Shown: positions 37,836 through 48,545 of the stretch, piece after piece
Layout: every line of letters starts with the position of its first letter
How positions within the stretch are numbered: position 1 is the first letter of the stretch
Source of the DNA: Gemmatimonadales bacterium
GTDB lineage: Bacteria > Gemmatimonadota > Gemmatimonadetes > Gemmatimonadales > GWC2-71-9
Direction: 5' to 3'
NCBI GenBank assembly: GCA_036004525.1
Contig: DASYRJ010000017.1
Location: 3,853 to 67,852, forward strand
DNA length: 64,000 nucleotides
Translations under genes and position numbers: made by a program
Notes under the pieces: generated by a model
Database searches by the model: none
The model's input: only the letters and a program-made list of their open reading frames with translations
Told to the model about the DNA's origin: nothing

Positions 37836-38708
37836 ATGCGTGCACGTCGTTTGGAGCAACGGCCGTCCCTTGAGTCCCTGGTCGAGCGGGTCGATCGCCA
37901 GCATCCCGGGGACGTGCCCGGTGATACCATTCCCACGGGATTCCCGTCCGTCGACAAGATGCTGGGCGGCGGCCTGCGCCGGCGCGACCTCGTGGCCTTG
38001 GGCGGCGATATCGGCGCCGGCAAGTCGGCGCTGGCGCTCGGGATCGCCCTGCGCGTCGCCCAGCAGGGGTTGGGCGTGGCCTTCCTGTCGGGTGAGATGG
38101 ACGAGGAGCGGCTGATGGAGCGGGCCCTCGCGATCGAGGGGCGGGTGGCCGTGGACGAGCTGCGCGCGGCCAAGATGAGCGACCAGACGCGGGCCGGGAT
38201 CGGCGGGGCGGCGGTGCGCCTGCGCGGCCTGCCGCTCACCGTGCTGCCGCTCGCGGCCGACGACTTCGAGACGGTGGTCGAGCGGCTCGATCCACTGCGC
38301 CAGCTCGGCCTGATCGTGGTGGACTACCTGCAGCTCGTCCCGCCCCCGCGCGGCACCGCCCGGGTCACCCAAGATGAGGACACGGCGCTCGTGCTGCGCC
38401 GCCTCAAGGCGCTGGCCCTGGAGCGGCAGGTGGCGCTGCTCGTCGTCGCCCAGCTGCCGCGCTTCGAGGCGCAGCGGTCGAACCCGCGCCCCACCCTCGA
38501 CGACTACGGCGTGCTCGGCGCCCTCAAGCAGCACGCCGACGTCGTGCTGTCGATCTTCCGCGAAGACATGTACAACCCTGGGCGAGGAGTCGAGGGAGCG
38601 ACGGAGCTGCTCGTCGCCAAGAACCGCAACGGCCCGACGGGGTTCGTGGACCTGTACTTCTACCGGCGCTGGATGCGGTTCGAGGACATGCTGGATCCCG
38701 ACAGATAG
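37836..38708 (+). CDS. DnaB-like helicase, C-terminal RecA domain only
   Basis: TGF..VD..LGG, GAGKS, SGEM, VVDYLQL, KNRNG; no N-terminal domain. Confidence 0.8.
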   Translation: MRARRLEQRPSLESLVERVDRQHPGDVPGDTIPTGFPSVDKMLGGGLRRRDLVALGGDIGAGKSALALGIALRVAQQGLGVAFLSGEMDEERLMERALAIEGRVAVDELRAAKMSDQTRAGIGGAAVRLRGLPLTVLPLAADDFETVVERLDPLRQLGLIVVDYLQLVPPPRGTARVTQDEDTALVLRRLKALALERQVALLVVAQLPRFEAQRSNPRPTLDDYGVLGALKQHADVVLSIFREDMYNPGRGVEGATELLVAKNRNGPTGFVDLYFYRRWMRFEDMLDPDR

Positions 38709-38713
38709 ACGTA

Positions 38714-38763
38714 CGTTGTACGACGCTACGTTGTACGACGCTACAACGTAGCGTCGTACAACG
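38714..38763. repeat. Perfect 22-bp stem hairpin (TACGACGC family) between convergent genes; may also act as a terminator
   Basis: cgttgtacgacgctacgttgta-cgacgc-tacaacgtagcgtcgtacaacg. Confidence 0.9.
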
Positions 38764-38764
38764 C

Positions 38765-39169
38765 CTATTTGATCGTGTCCCCCGCCACCATCGCCCCCAC
38801 CAGGGTATACGTCGTCCCCGCCCCGCCGGCGTTCGCCCGCAACGTGAGCCACAACGGCCGCTTGCCCTTCTCGGCGTACATCGTCACGGCGCCGGCCCGG
38901 TCGACCTGATCGGTCTTCAGTTCCCAACCGTTGGCGGGGAGGTTGGTCCGGTACCACTGCGCGACGTCGGTCATCGCGACCGGCGTCGAAAGCACTACCT
39001 CGGCGGCTTCCTCTCCCGCCGCTACGCTGACGAGGCTCGACTGCGGAAAAGCGAGCACGCCCCGCAGTGCGCGAGCGGCGAAGGTGCGCTCTGGCTGGCT
39101 GTCGGCGCGGCGCTCGCAGCCGGCGACGAGGAGCGGCAGGACGAGCAACAAGGGAGCAGCGCGGGACAT
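38765..39169 (-). CDS. Hypothetical lipoprotein
   Basis: MSRAAPLLLVLPLLVAG-C lipobox. Confidence 0.7.
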   Translation of the reverse strand: MSRAAPLLLVLPLLVAGCERRADSQPERTFAARALRGVLAFPQSSLVSVAAGEEAAEVVLSTPVAMTDVAQWYRTNLPANGWELKTDQVDRAGAVTMYAEKGKRPLWLTLRANAGGAGTTYTLVGAMVAGDTIK

Positions 39170-39223
39170 GGGCGGGAATGCTACCTGTGGCGCGGTCGCG
39201 CGGTCAAGTTGTAAGTTGATGGC

Positions 39224-39970
39224 ATGGCGGGGCATAGTAAATGGAAGCAGATCAAGCGGAAGAAGGCCGTCACCGATCAGAAGCGCGGCGCCGCCTTCAC
39301 GAAGGTCATCCGCGAGATCACGATCGCCGCAAAGCAGGGTGGCGGCGACCCCGCCGGCAACCCCCGACTCCGCACCGCCATCGACGCCGCCAAAGCCGAG
39401 AACATGCCGTGGGACAACATCGAGCGCGCCATCAAGAAAGGGACCGGCGAGCTCGAGGGAGTCACGTACGAGGAAGTGCTGTACGAGGGGTACGGGCCGG
39501 GCGGCGCGGCGATCCTCATCCAGGCGACCACCGATAACGCCAACCGCACCGTCGCCGAGATCCGGCATCTGTTCACGCGCCACGGGGGCAACCTCGGCGC
39601 CGCGAATTCGGTGGCGTGGATGTTCGACCGCAGAGGGCAGATCGTGGTGGACGCCAAAGCCGACGAAGACGTGACCATGGAAGCGGCGCTCGACGCCGGC
39701 GCCGAGGACATGAACCGCGAGGGCGACGCCTTCGTGATCACCACGCCGCCGAACCAGCTCCACGCCGTGCACGAAGCGCTGCGGGCCAAGCGGCTTCCCG
39801 TGCAGAGCGCCGAGATCGCCATGATCCCGAAGAGCACCGTGAAGGTCGAAGGGGGCGACGCCAAGCGGCTGCTGCAGCTGATCGAGGGACTCGAGGAGAT
39901 GGACGACGTCGCCAAGGTGTTCTCGAACTTCGACATCGACGCCGAGGCGATGGCCGCGGTGACGGGGTGA
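39224..39970 (+). CDS. yebC: YebC/PmpR family regulator
   Basis: MAGHSKW, YEGYGPGG, TDN.NRT. Confidence 0.95.
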   Translation: MAGHSKWKQIKRKKAVTDQKRGAAFTKVIREITIAAKQGGGDPAGNPRLRTAIDAAKAENMPWDNIERAIKKGTGELEGVTYEEVLYEGYGPGGAAILIQATTDNANRTVAEIRHLFTRHGGNLGAANSVAWMFDRRGQIVVDAKADEDVTMEAALDAGAEDMNREGDAFVITTPPNQLHAVHEALRAKRLPVQSAEIAMIPKSTVKVEGGDAKRLLQLIEGLEEMDDVAKVFSNFDIDAEAMAAVTG

Positions 39971-39971
39971 C

Positions 39972-40448
39972 GTGAGGGTCCTGGGCGTCGACCCGGGCAG
40001 CTACGTCTGGGGGTACGGCGTAGTAGAAACAGGCAACGGTGCCCCCAGGTTTGGCGAGCTCATCGAGTGCGGCGTCGTATCGTTCAGCAGGCGCAGCCCT
40101 CTCCCCGAGCGTCTCGCGGAGCTGCACGAGGCCATCGGCAACCTGATCGAGCGACATCGCCCCACCGCCCTCGCACTCGAGAGCGCTTTCTATCATAAGA
40201 ACGTCCGGACGACGCTTGTCCTTGGGCACGCCCGTGGGGTGGTGCTCCTCGCCGCCCAGCAGGCCGGACTCGTGATCGCGGAATACGCGCCCGCGACCGT
40301 GAAAAAGACGGTCATCGGTAAGGGCGGTGCCAAGAAGGGGCAGGTGGCGGCAATGGTCGCACGGCTATTGCGGCTCGCGCAGGCCCCCCAACCCGACGAT
40401 GCGGCCGATGGGGTGGCAGTCGCATTGACGCACATCATCCGCTCGTGA
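39972..40448 (+). CDS. ruvC: Holliday junction resolvase
   Basis: LGVDPG, LE..F, LGHARG, DAAD. Confidence 0.92.
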   Translation: MRVLGVDPGSYVWGYGVVETGNGAPRFGELIECGVVSFSRRSPLPERLAELHEAIGNLIERHRPTALALESAFYHKNVRTTLVLGHARGVVLLAAQQAGLVIAEYAPATVKKTVIGKGGAKKGQVAAMVARLLRLAQAPQPDDAADGVAVALTHIIRS

Positions 40449-41041
40449 TCGCCCACCTGCGCGGCCGCCTGACCGCCAAATCCGCCGACCGCGTGGTCGT
40501 GGAGACCGCGGGCGGGGTAGGCTACGAGGTCGTCGTGCCCCTGGGCGTGATGGAGCGGCTGCCGGCACCGGGAGCGGAGGTCACGCTCAACACCGAGCTG
40601 GTGGTGCGCGAGGACGGGTGGTCGTTATACGGGTTTCTTGACGAATCTGAACGACGGTTTTTTCAACGCTTGACGACCGTATCGGGCGTTGGGCCGAAAC
40701 TCGCTGTTGCCGTGATGTCGGCGCTCGGCGTCGAGCGCGGCGCCCGCGCGGTGAAGGAGAAGAACATCGGCCTCCTGTCGTCGGTGAGCGGGATCGGCAA
40801 GAAGACGGCCGAGCGGCTCGCGCTTGAACTGGGCGACAAGGTGGACGAGTTTGTGGAGGGCGCGCCCGCCGCGCCGCTCGCGACGGGCGCAGAGGCCGCC
40901 TTGAAGGCGCTCGAGCGGCTCGGGTACGGCGCGGCCGAAGCCGACCGGGCCCTGCGTCAGGCGCTCACGGGCAACGGCGGCCTCGCCGGCGAGACCGAGA
41001 CCCTCGTGCGCCGCGCCCTGCAGATTCTCACGACGACGTGA
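40445..41041 (+). CDS. ruvA: Holliday junction branch migration protein RuvA
   Basis: MIA.L.G, GVGYEV, VRED...LYGF, VSGVGPKLA, GIGKKTAER. Confidence 0.95.
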   Translation: MIAHLRGRLTAKSADRVVVETAGGVGYEVVVPLGVMERLPAPGAEVTLNTELVVREDGWSLYGFLDESERRFFQRLTTVSGVGPKLAVAVMSALGVERGARAVKEKNIGLLSSVSGIGKKTAERLALELGDKVDEFVEGAPAAPLATGAEAALKALERLGYGAAEADRALRQALTGNGGLAGETETLVRRALQILTTT

Positions 41042-41226
41042 GCACCGAAAGGACGGGCACGATCACCGCCGAATGGATTTGCACCCGGTGCGGCTCGACC
41101 AACCGCCGGCTCGTGCCGGCGACGGCGACGCGCGCCGACGACGCGTGCGTGACGTGCCACGCCAGGCACGAGATCGAGGCCGACTCCCGGCCGGTGCGGT
41201 GGCGGGCGCGGCCTCAAACCAGGTGA
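41038..41226 (+). CDS. Small Zn-ribbon protein
   Basis: W.CTRCGSTN...C.TC; GTGA overlap with ruvA. Confidence 0.6.
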   Translation: MSTERTGTITAEWICTRCGSTNRRLVPATATRADDACVTCHARHEIEADSRPVRWRARPQTR

Positions 41227-41256
41227 TCTCTCGGGAGAGGCGTTTGGACTCGCGAA

Positions 41257-41337
41257 ATCCCCAGGCTGAAGCCTGGGCTCGGCACGGCGCTGTCCTTAAG
41301 GACAGGGATTGGCCGAGCCCACCCTTTAGGGTGGGAT
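41257..41337. repeat. REPIN/MITE-like nested palindrome, copy 1
   Basis: ATCC-ccaggc TGAA gcctgg-GCTCGGC ... ctgtcc TTAA ggacag ... GCCGAGC-ccaccc TTTA gggtgg-GAT. Confidence 0.8.
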
Positions 41338-41339
41338 AG

Positions 41340-42371
41340 ATGGCCCGTAGCGAGATCACCACGCCTCAAGCGTTGCCCGACGAGCGCCTCACCGACGCTG
41401 CCCTGCGGCCGTCGCGCCTCGACGAGTTCGTCGGCCAGGCAAAGGTCAAGGAATCGCTCCAGATCGCGATCGACGCGGCGAAGCAGCGCAAGGAGCCCCT
41501 CGACCATGCCCTGTTCTTCGGGCCGCCGGGCCTCGGCAAGACGACGCTGGCCCTGCTGATGGCCAAGGAGCTGGGCGTCGAGATCCGCACGACGTCCGGC
41601 CCCGTGCTCGAGCGGCCGGGGGACCTCGTGGGGATGCTGACGTCGCTCAAGGCGGGCGACATCCTGTTCATCGACGAGGTGCACCGCCTGCGGCCCGCGC
41701 TCGAGGAGTTTCTCTATCCCGCCATGGAGGAATTCCGCGTGGACGTGCGCATCGCGGACGGGCCGCACGCCCAGACGATCCCGATGCCCCTCGAGCGGTT
41801 CACGCTGATCGGCGCGACCACGCGCTTCGGCCTGCTCACCCCTCCCATGCGCGCGCGCTTCGGCCTGGTCGAGCGACTGCACTATTATCCGCCCGACGAT
41901 CTCGTCCAGATCATCACCCGCTCGGCGGGGATCCTGGGCGTTCCGGCCGACGCGGCGGGGGTCGCCGAGATCGCGCGCCGCAGCCGCGGCACGCCGCGCG
42001 TCGCCAACCGTCTGCTGAAGCGCGTGCGCGACTACGCTCAGGTGCGCGCCGCGGGCAAGATCACCGGGGCCGTCGCCGGCGAGGCGCTGAAACGGCTCGA
42101 CGTGGACGAGTTCGGCCTCGACGACATGGACGCGCGGATTCTCAAGACGATCATCGAGATGTTCGAGGGCGGCCCGGTGGGCGTCCAAACGGTCGCGGCC
42201 GCCGTGGGCGAAGACCCGGGAACGCTGGAGGAAGTGTACGAGCCATTCCTGATGCAGCAGGGGTTCCTCGCCCGCACGCCGCGCGGCCGCTGCGCGACGG
42301 CCGCGGCGTACCGCCATTTCGGATTCGTGCCGCCGAAGGCCGTTGAGCAACCGAATATCTTCGACGGCTAG
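41340..42371 (+). CDS. ruvB: Holliday junction ATPase RuvB
   Basis: [35 protein letters not shown]. Confidence 0.97.
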   Translation: MARSEITTPQALPDERLTDAALRPSRLDEFVGQAKVKESLQIAIDAAKQRKEPLDHALFFGPPGLGKTTLALLMAKELGVEIRTTSGPVLERPGDLVGMLTSLKAGDILFIDEVHRLRPALEEFLYPAMEEFRVDVRIADGPHAQTIPMPLERFTLIGATTRFGLLTPPMRARFGLVERLHYYPPDDLVQIITRSAGILGVPADAAGVAEIARRSRGTPRVANRLLKRVRDYAQVRAAGKITGAVAGEALKRLDVDEFGLDDMDARILKTIIEMFEGGPVGVQTVAAAVGEDPGTLEEVYEPFLMQQGFLARTPRGRCATAAAYRHFGFVPPKAVEQPNIFDG

Positions 42372-42449
42372 TGCGGGGTGCGGGGTGCGCAGGGCGGCGG
42401 AGTCGACGCCCACCGTTCTACGCGGCACCCCGCACTTCGCACCCCGCAC
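42369..42449. repeat. GTGCGGG-family hairpin between ruvB and queA
   Basis: gtgcggggtgcggggtgcg ... gcaccccgcacttcgcaccccgcac; starts at the ruvB TAG. Confidence 0.85.
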
Positions 42450-42453
42450 AGTC

Positions 42454-43497
42454 ATGCACCGCCCTTCCGACTTCGATTACGATCTTCCCCCGCGGCTGAT
42501 CGCCCAACACCCCCTCCCCGACCGCGCCGCGAGCCGGCTGCTCGTCCTCGAGCGGGGCACGGGCGCGATCCGCCATCTTCACTTTCGCGACGTGGTCGAT
42601 CTCGTCCCCGCCGGCGCGGTATTGATCCTCAACACCTCGCGCGTCATCCCGGCGCGGCTGCACGGGAAGCGGGACACGCCCAGCCGCGCGACGGGCGCCG
42701 CGACCCAGATCCTGCTCGTTCGCCAGCTGGCCGACGGCACGTGGCTGGCCATGGGCCACCCCGGGGGCAAGCTCAAGCCGGGCCGCCGGGTGAGCTTCGG
42801 TCCGGACAGCGCCGTCGAGATCGTCGAGCAGCTGGGCGGCGGCCTGCGCCGCCTGCGGTTTATCGGCCGACTTGACGGTCGGGCCACGCTGGCGAAGTAC
42901 GGCGAGGTCCCGCTGCCACCGTACATCCGCCGCCCGCCGACCCCCGCCGACCGCGAGCGCTACCAGACGGTGTACGCCGAGCACGATGGCAGCGTGGCGG
43001 CGCCGACCGCCGGGCTGCACTTCACGCCGGAGCTGCTCGACCGCCTGCGCGCCAAGGGCGTCACGATCGCGCCGCTCGATTTGCACGTGGGGCCCGGGAC
43101 GTTCAGGCCCGTCGAGGCCGAGGAGATCGGCACCCACACCATGCAGCCGGAGGTCTACGAGATCCCGGCCCGAACTGCGGAGATGATCAACGAGGCGCGG
43201 TCCGTGGGGCGTGGCGTCTGGTGCGTGGGGACGACCGTCGTGCGGGCGCTGGAGTCGGCAGTGGACGCTGCGGGGCTGGTCCGAGCGGGTGCGGCAGAAA
43301 CGAACCTGTTCATTTATCCGCCGTACCAGTTCAAGGTGGCGGACCGCCTGCTCACCAACTTCCATCTTCCACGCTCAACCCTACTGATGCTGGTATGCGC
43401 CTTGGGCGGCTACGAGGCGGTGATGGACGCGTATCGGGAGGCGGTGAAGGAGGGGTACCGGTTCTACAGCTACGGGGATGCGATGGCGGTGGTGTGA
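42454..43497 (+). CDS. queA: S-adenosylmethionine:tRNA ribosyltransferase-isomerase
   Basis: DFDYDLP..LIAQ, PLPPYI, YQTVYA, VAAPTAGLHF, TNFHLPRSTL, YRFYSYGDAM. Confidence 0.96.
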   Translation: MHRPSDFDYDLPPRLIAQHPLPDRAASRLLVLERGTGAIRHLHFRDVVDLVPAGAVLILNTSRVIPARLHGKRDTPSRATGAATQILLVRQLADGTWLAMGHPGGKLKPGRRVSFGPDSAVEIVEQLGGGLRRLRFIGRLDGRATLAKYGEVPLPPYIRRPPTPADRERYQTVYAEHDGSVAAPTAGLHFTPELLDRLRAKGVTIAPLDLHVGPGTFRPVEAEEIGTHTMQPEVYEIPARTAEMINEARSVGRGVWCVGTTVVRALESAVDAAGLVRAGAAETNLFIYPPYQFKVADRLLTNFHLPRSTLLMLVCALGGYEAVMDAYREAVKEGYRFYSYGDAMAVV

Positions 43498-43517
43498 CGC
43501 GCCACCGGGGGGGGGGC

Positions 43518-44069
43518 TCAGATCGGCCTGAACAGCTCGGCCAGCTCGAGCGCGAACGAAGACCCGGAGCCCGCGGGATGCCACACGAGCCGCTCCCGCT
43601 CGATCGCGGGAAACCGATCCTGGGGCCGCCACACCTCTGCCAACCGAGCCTCGCCGTCCACGATCCAGTAGAGCGGGACGCCCTGCTCCTGATACAGCCG
43701 TCGCTTCGTGAAGCGATCATACCGGACCGACGACGGGCTCAGGATCTCAACGGCGAGCAGGAGATTGCGAATCTGCGCCCAGTCGAGGGTTCGGACCTGG
43801 TCGAGTGGAGCCACGAACACGTCCGGCTCCACCAGGACGTCGTCCAGGCCCCATGAGATGTCGGAGCGCGAGGCGAAGACGTGGCCGACCGGTTCGCCTC
43901 GAAGGTAGCCGTCCAACGCGACGCCCAACCGCTGTGCAAGCAGTTGGTGCCACACACGAGGCGCCGGCGTCACCAGCAATTCCCCGTGCACCACCTCGTA
44001 CTTGTTCCCGTCGTCCGGCATCTGCCGAACCATGTCGGTGGTGTAATACGTCGGGGCAGCCATGCCCAT
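43518..44069 (-). CDS. Uma2 (DUF820) family PD-(D/E)xK endonuclease-like protein
   Basis: YEVVHGEL..PAP...HQ, VEPD, LAVEILSPS...D...K...Y...GV..YWIVD. Confidence 0.88.
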   Translation of the reverse strand: MGMAAPTYYTTDMVRQMPDDGNKYEVVHGELLVTPAPRVWHQLLAQRLGVALDGYLRGEPVGHVFASRSDISWGLDDVLVEPDVFVAPLDQVRTLDWAQIRNLLLAVEILSPSSVRYDRFTKRRLYQEQGVPLYWIVDGEARLAEVWRPQDRFPAIERERLVWHPAGSGSSFALELAELFRPI

Positions 44070-44197
44070 ACGATGGACTCCTCGGCGCGCGTGAGGCAAG
44101 GGTGCGGCACGCGCGAAGATGGGCCGGGCGGCTGCTGGCGACGTCATCGTTTCGTTGCGGGAGGGGGCTGAAAGACGCGGGCGACCGCGACGGGGGC

Positions 44198-44480
44198 CTA
44201 CCGCCCCGCGCCGGCAATCCGATCGGCGACATCCAGCGCTTTGAGCACCCCCGAGCGGATGGCCGCGCCGGCGTCCGCCAGCATCCTCGCGTTCACCTTC
44301 TTCTGGAACTCCCGAAAGCGGGCTCTCCCGTCGGGATCCTTGATCGCCAGTGGCGAGGCACTTCGCGCAGATGCCGTCGGGAAACGGCCACGGCGCGCCA
44401 AACCGCTGCTCCATGCGGGCGCGGGCTTCAGGGGACGGCGAGCCGACGGCCTCTCGCTCGTGACAGCGGGTGCAGAGCAT
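44198..44480 (-). pseudogene. Small CxxC...CxxC protein, apparently frameshifted near 44351
   Basis: MLCTRC...ICAKCL in one frame; coding-like LAIKDPDGRARFREFQKK...GAGR* continues in another frame. Confidence 0.45.
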
Positions 44481-44573
44481 GACTAGCATTATGCGCGTGA
44501 TGACACACTGGTTTCAATGTCCGCAACTTGGCGATGTGGGAGTGATCGCGTGATCCGGCGGATATCGCCGCCG

Positions 44574-44682
44574 ATCCGTGCGTTGAAGCGCCGGCTCGGC
44601 GACGGCGGGCGTCCTCAAGGACGCAGTGGCATTGCCCTTCAGGGCGCGCGGTTTGGCCGAGCCGGCCCTTCAGGGCACGGAT
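44574..44682. repeat. REPIN/MITE-like nested palindrome, copy 2
   Basis: 27-nt inverted ends atccgtgcgttgaagcgccggctcggc / gccgagccggcccttcagggcacggat (3 mismatches); internal gcgtcc TCAA ggacgc and gccc TTCA gggc. Confidence 0.8.
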
Positions 44683-44684
44683 AG

Positions 44685-46218
<1,534 letters not shown>

Positions 46219-46222
<4 letters not shown>

Positions 46223-46767
46223 CGGTCCGGAAGCTCCACCTCCTCGGCTCGCCGGTCCTGCGGCAGCACGCCGCGCGTATCGCCCGCGTGGACGACGACG
46301 TGCGCCAACTGGTGGACGACCTGTTCGAGACGATGCGCGCGGCGCGCGGCGTGGGCCTCGCGGCGAATCAGGTGGGCCTGGCGCGGCGGGTGGCGGTGGT
46401 GGACGTCGGCGAGGACGACCCGCCCCCGCTCGTCCTCATCAACCCCGTGATCGTCGAGCGCGGCACCGAGGTCGCGGTGGCCGAGGAAGGCTGCTTGTCC
46501 ATCCCGGAGATCTTCGGCGAGGTGGAGCGGGCGGCGCGGGTCGTCGTGGAAGCGCTCGATCGCGACGGCACGCCCTACCGCGCCGAAGCCCACGGCTACA
46601 AGGCGCGGGCGATCCAGCACGAGATCGACCACCTGGACGGCATCCTGTTCCTCGACCACCTGAGCGCGGTCAAACGCGGCCTGCTGCTAGCCAAATGGAA
46701 GAAGGCCCGGAAGGGCAAGAAGGGGTACCTGAAGGAGGTCACGCCCGAGCCGGCGGGCGAGCTGTAG
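46219..46767 (+). CDS. def: Peptide deformylase
   Basis: GVGLAANQ, EGCLS, QHEIDHL.G. Confidence 0.96.
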
Positions 46768-47727
46768 GTGCGCGTCGTCTTCTTCGGCACCCCCGAGTTC
46801 GCGGTTCCATCGCTCCGCGCCCTGGTGGGCGAGGGGTTCGACGTCGTCGCCGTGGTCACCCAGCCCGACAAACCGCAGGGACGCTCCCGCTCCCGGCTCG
46901 TTCCCCCGCCCGTGAAAATCGCGGCCGATGCCGAAGAGCTGCTAGTGCTCCAGCCCGACAAGCCCACCGACCGTGGATTCGTCGCCCGCCTGCAGGGGCT
47001 CGAGCCCCGCCCCGACATCGGGGTCGTCGTCGCCTACGGCCACATCCTGAAGCCCGAGGTGCTGGCGCTGCCGGCCCGTGGCATGGTCAACGTGCATCCC
47101 TCGCTCTTGCCCGAGCTGCGCGGCGCCGCGCCGGTCGAGTGGGCGATCATCCGTGGGCTCGAAGAGACCGGCGTGACGATCATGCAGATGACCGCCGGCA
47201 TGGACAGCGGCCCGATCCTGCATCAGATCCCGCACCACGTCGATCCCGACGTCACCGGCGGCGAGTTGTCCGACCATCTCGCCGAGGTTGGTGCGCTGGC
47301 GCTGGTCGAGACCCTGACGCTGGTCGAGGAAGATGCGCTTCGACCCGTGCCCCAGGACGACAGCCGCGCCACGTACGCCCCCAAGCTGACGCGGGAGATC
47401 GCACGCATTGACTGGACCAAGGGCGCCGCGGCGATCGCGCGCCTGATTCGCGGTCTCGACCCCCGGCCCGGCGCCTGGACAGAGCTGGACGGCGCGGAGC
47501 TGAAACTGTTCAGCGCCCGCGCGACGGGCAGCCGGGGCGAGCCCGGTGAGGTGCTGACCGCTGACGGTCCCCCCGGTCCCCCCCCCCTCCCCCCCAGACT
47601 GCTGATCGCCGCGGGGGACGGTGGGGCGGTGGAGGTGGAGGAGGTGCAGCCTGCCGGCAAGGAACGGATGCACGCGGGGGAGTGGCTGCGCGGCGCCCGC
47701 CTCGCCGCGGGCCGGCGCTTCGTGTGA
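46768..47727 (+). CDS. fmt: Methionyl-tRNA formyltransferase
   Basis: FFGTPEFA, VVTQPD, NVHPSLLP..RGAAP, MDSG. Confidence 0.95.
   Translation: MRVVFFGTPEFAVPSLRALVGEGFDVVAVVTQPDKPQGRSRSRLVPPPVKIAADAEELLVLQPDKPTDRGFVARLQGLEPRPDIGVVVAYGHILKPEVLALPARGMVNVHPSLLPELRGAAPVEWAIIRGLEETGVTIMQMTAGMDSGPILHQIPHHVDPDVTGGELSDHLAEVGALALVETLTLVEEDALRPVPQDDSRATYAPKLTREIARIDWTKGAAAIARLIRGLDPRPGAWTELDGAELKLFSARATGSRGEPGEVLTADGPPGPPPLPPRLLIAAGDGGAVEVEEVQPAGKERMHAGEWLRGARLAAGRRFV
47566..47595 (+). repeat. C-rich low-complexity insertion in fmt (C10 and C7 runs)
   Basis: ggtccccccggtcccccccccctccccccc, read as GPPGPPPLPP. Confidence 0.5.
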
Positions 47728-48332
47728 GGCCGCCCCTTCCCCGCCTGCACGCGATCACCGACGAGCGCATCGCCCGCCGAGCGGACCTGGACGACGTGGG
47801 CCGCGAGCTGGCCGAAACCAGCGGCGCGAATCTCGCGCTCCATGCGCGGGGACGGCAACTGAGCGGCCTCGAGCACTACGAGCTCGCGTTCCGTCTTTCC
47901 GTCCTTCCGTCGCCGTTGTTTGTGAACGATCGGTTGGACGTAGGCCTGGCCCTCCAGGCCACAGGCGTCCAGCTCGGCGGCGGCAGCTTGCCCGTCAGCG
48001 CCGCGCGCCAGCTGGAGCCGCGGTGGTGGATCGGCAAGTCGGTGCACGATTTGGCCGAGGCGGAGGCCGCACAGGCCGAAGGAGCCGACTATCTTGTGGT
48101 AGGGCCGGTGTACGCGACGGCTAGTCACCCCGACCGCTCCCCCCTCGGGCTCGAGCGGCTCCGGGAGATCGCCCGGCTCGACTTGCCGGTGATCGCCATC
48201 GGCGGCGTGAGCCCCGAGCGGGCCCGCGAGGTGAAGGCGGCAGGTGCGTACGGCGCCGCGGCCATCCGCGCGCTGTGGGACGCGGCCGAGCCCGCAGCGG
48301 CGGCTCGGGGGATGCTGGAGGCATGGCAGTGA
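47724..48332 (+). CDS. thiE: Thiamine phosphate synthase/TenI family
   Basis: FVNDR.DV, GKSVH, GADY...GPVYAT.SH, AIGG. Confidence 0.75.
   Translation: MRPPLPRLHAITDERIARRADLDDVGRELAETSGANLALHARGRQLSGLEHYELAFRLSVLPSPLFVNDRLDVGLALQATGVQLGGGSLPVSAARQLEPRWWIGKSVHDLAEAEAAQAEGADYLVVGPVYATASHPDRSPLGLERLREIARLDLPVIAIGGVSPERAREVKAAGAYGAAAIRALWDAAEPAAAARGMLEAWQ
47889..47911 (+). repeat. Tandem TTCCGTCY octamer within thiE
   Basis: ttccgtct ttccgtcc ttccgtc; reverse complement of the unit family at 5796. Confidence 0.6.
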
Positions 48333-48541
48333 ACGACACCATTGACGTCGTCATCAACGGGGAGCGTCGGGCGATCGCGCCGGGCGCCACCCTGCTCGAG
48401 GTGCTCGCCGAGCTGGCGCTCGACCCGCGGGCGGTAGTGGTGGAGCACAACCGCCGCATCGTGCGCCGCCCGGCGCTGGGCGACGTGCGCGTCGCCCCCG
48501 GGGATGCGATCGAGCTGGTGCATTTCGTGGGAGGAGGGTGA
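48329..48541 (+). CDS. thiS: Sulfur carrier protein ThiS
   Basis: [20 protein letters not shown]-terminus. Confidence 0.93.
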   Translation: MNDTIDVVINGERRAIAPGATLLEVLAELALDPRAVVVEHNRRIVRRPALGDVRVAPGDAIELVHFVGGG

Positions 48542-48545
48542 GCCG

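Noticed and set aside
37836..38708. Prophage or plasmid replication module around the DnaB-like gene
   Set aside because: No integrase, primase or structural genes; native codon usage and housekeeping neighbours.
41257..44682. Nested palindromes as tRNAs or rho-independent terminators
   Set aside because: No tRNA D/T-loop consensus or CCA, and no U-tract; the symmetric inverted-doublet layout fits REP-like DNA better.
47600..47730. TPP riboswitch before thiE
   Set aside because: The region is fmt coding sequence; no CTGAGA-type TPP core was seen.
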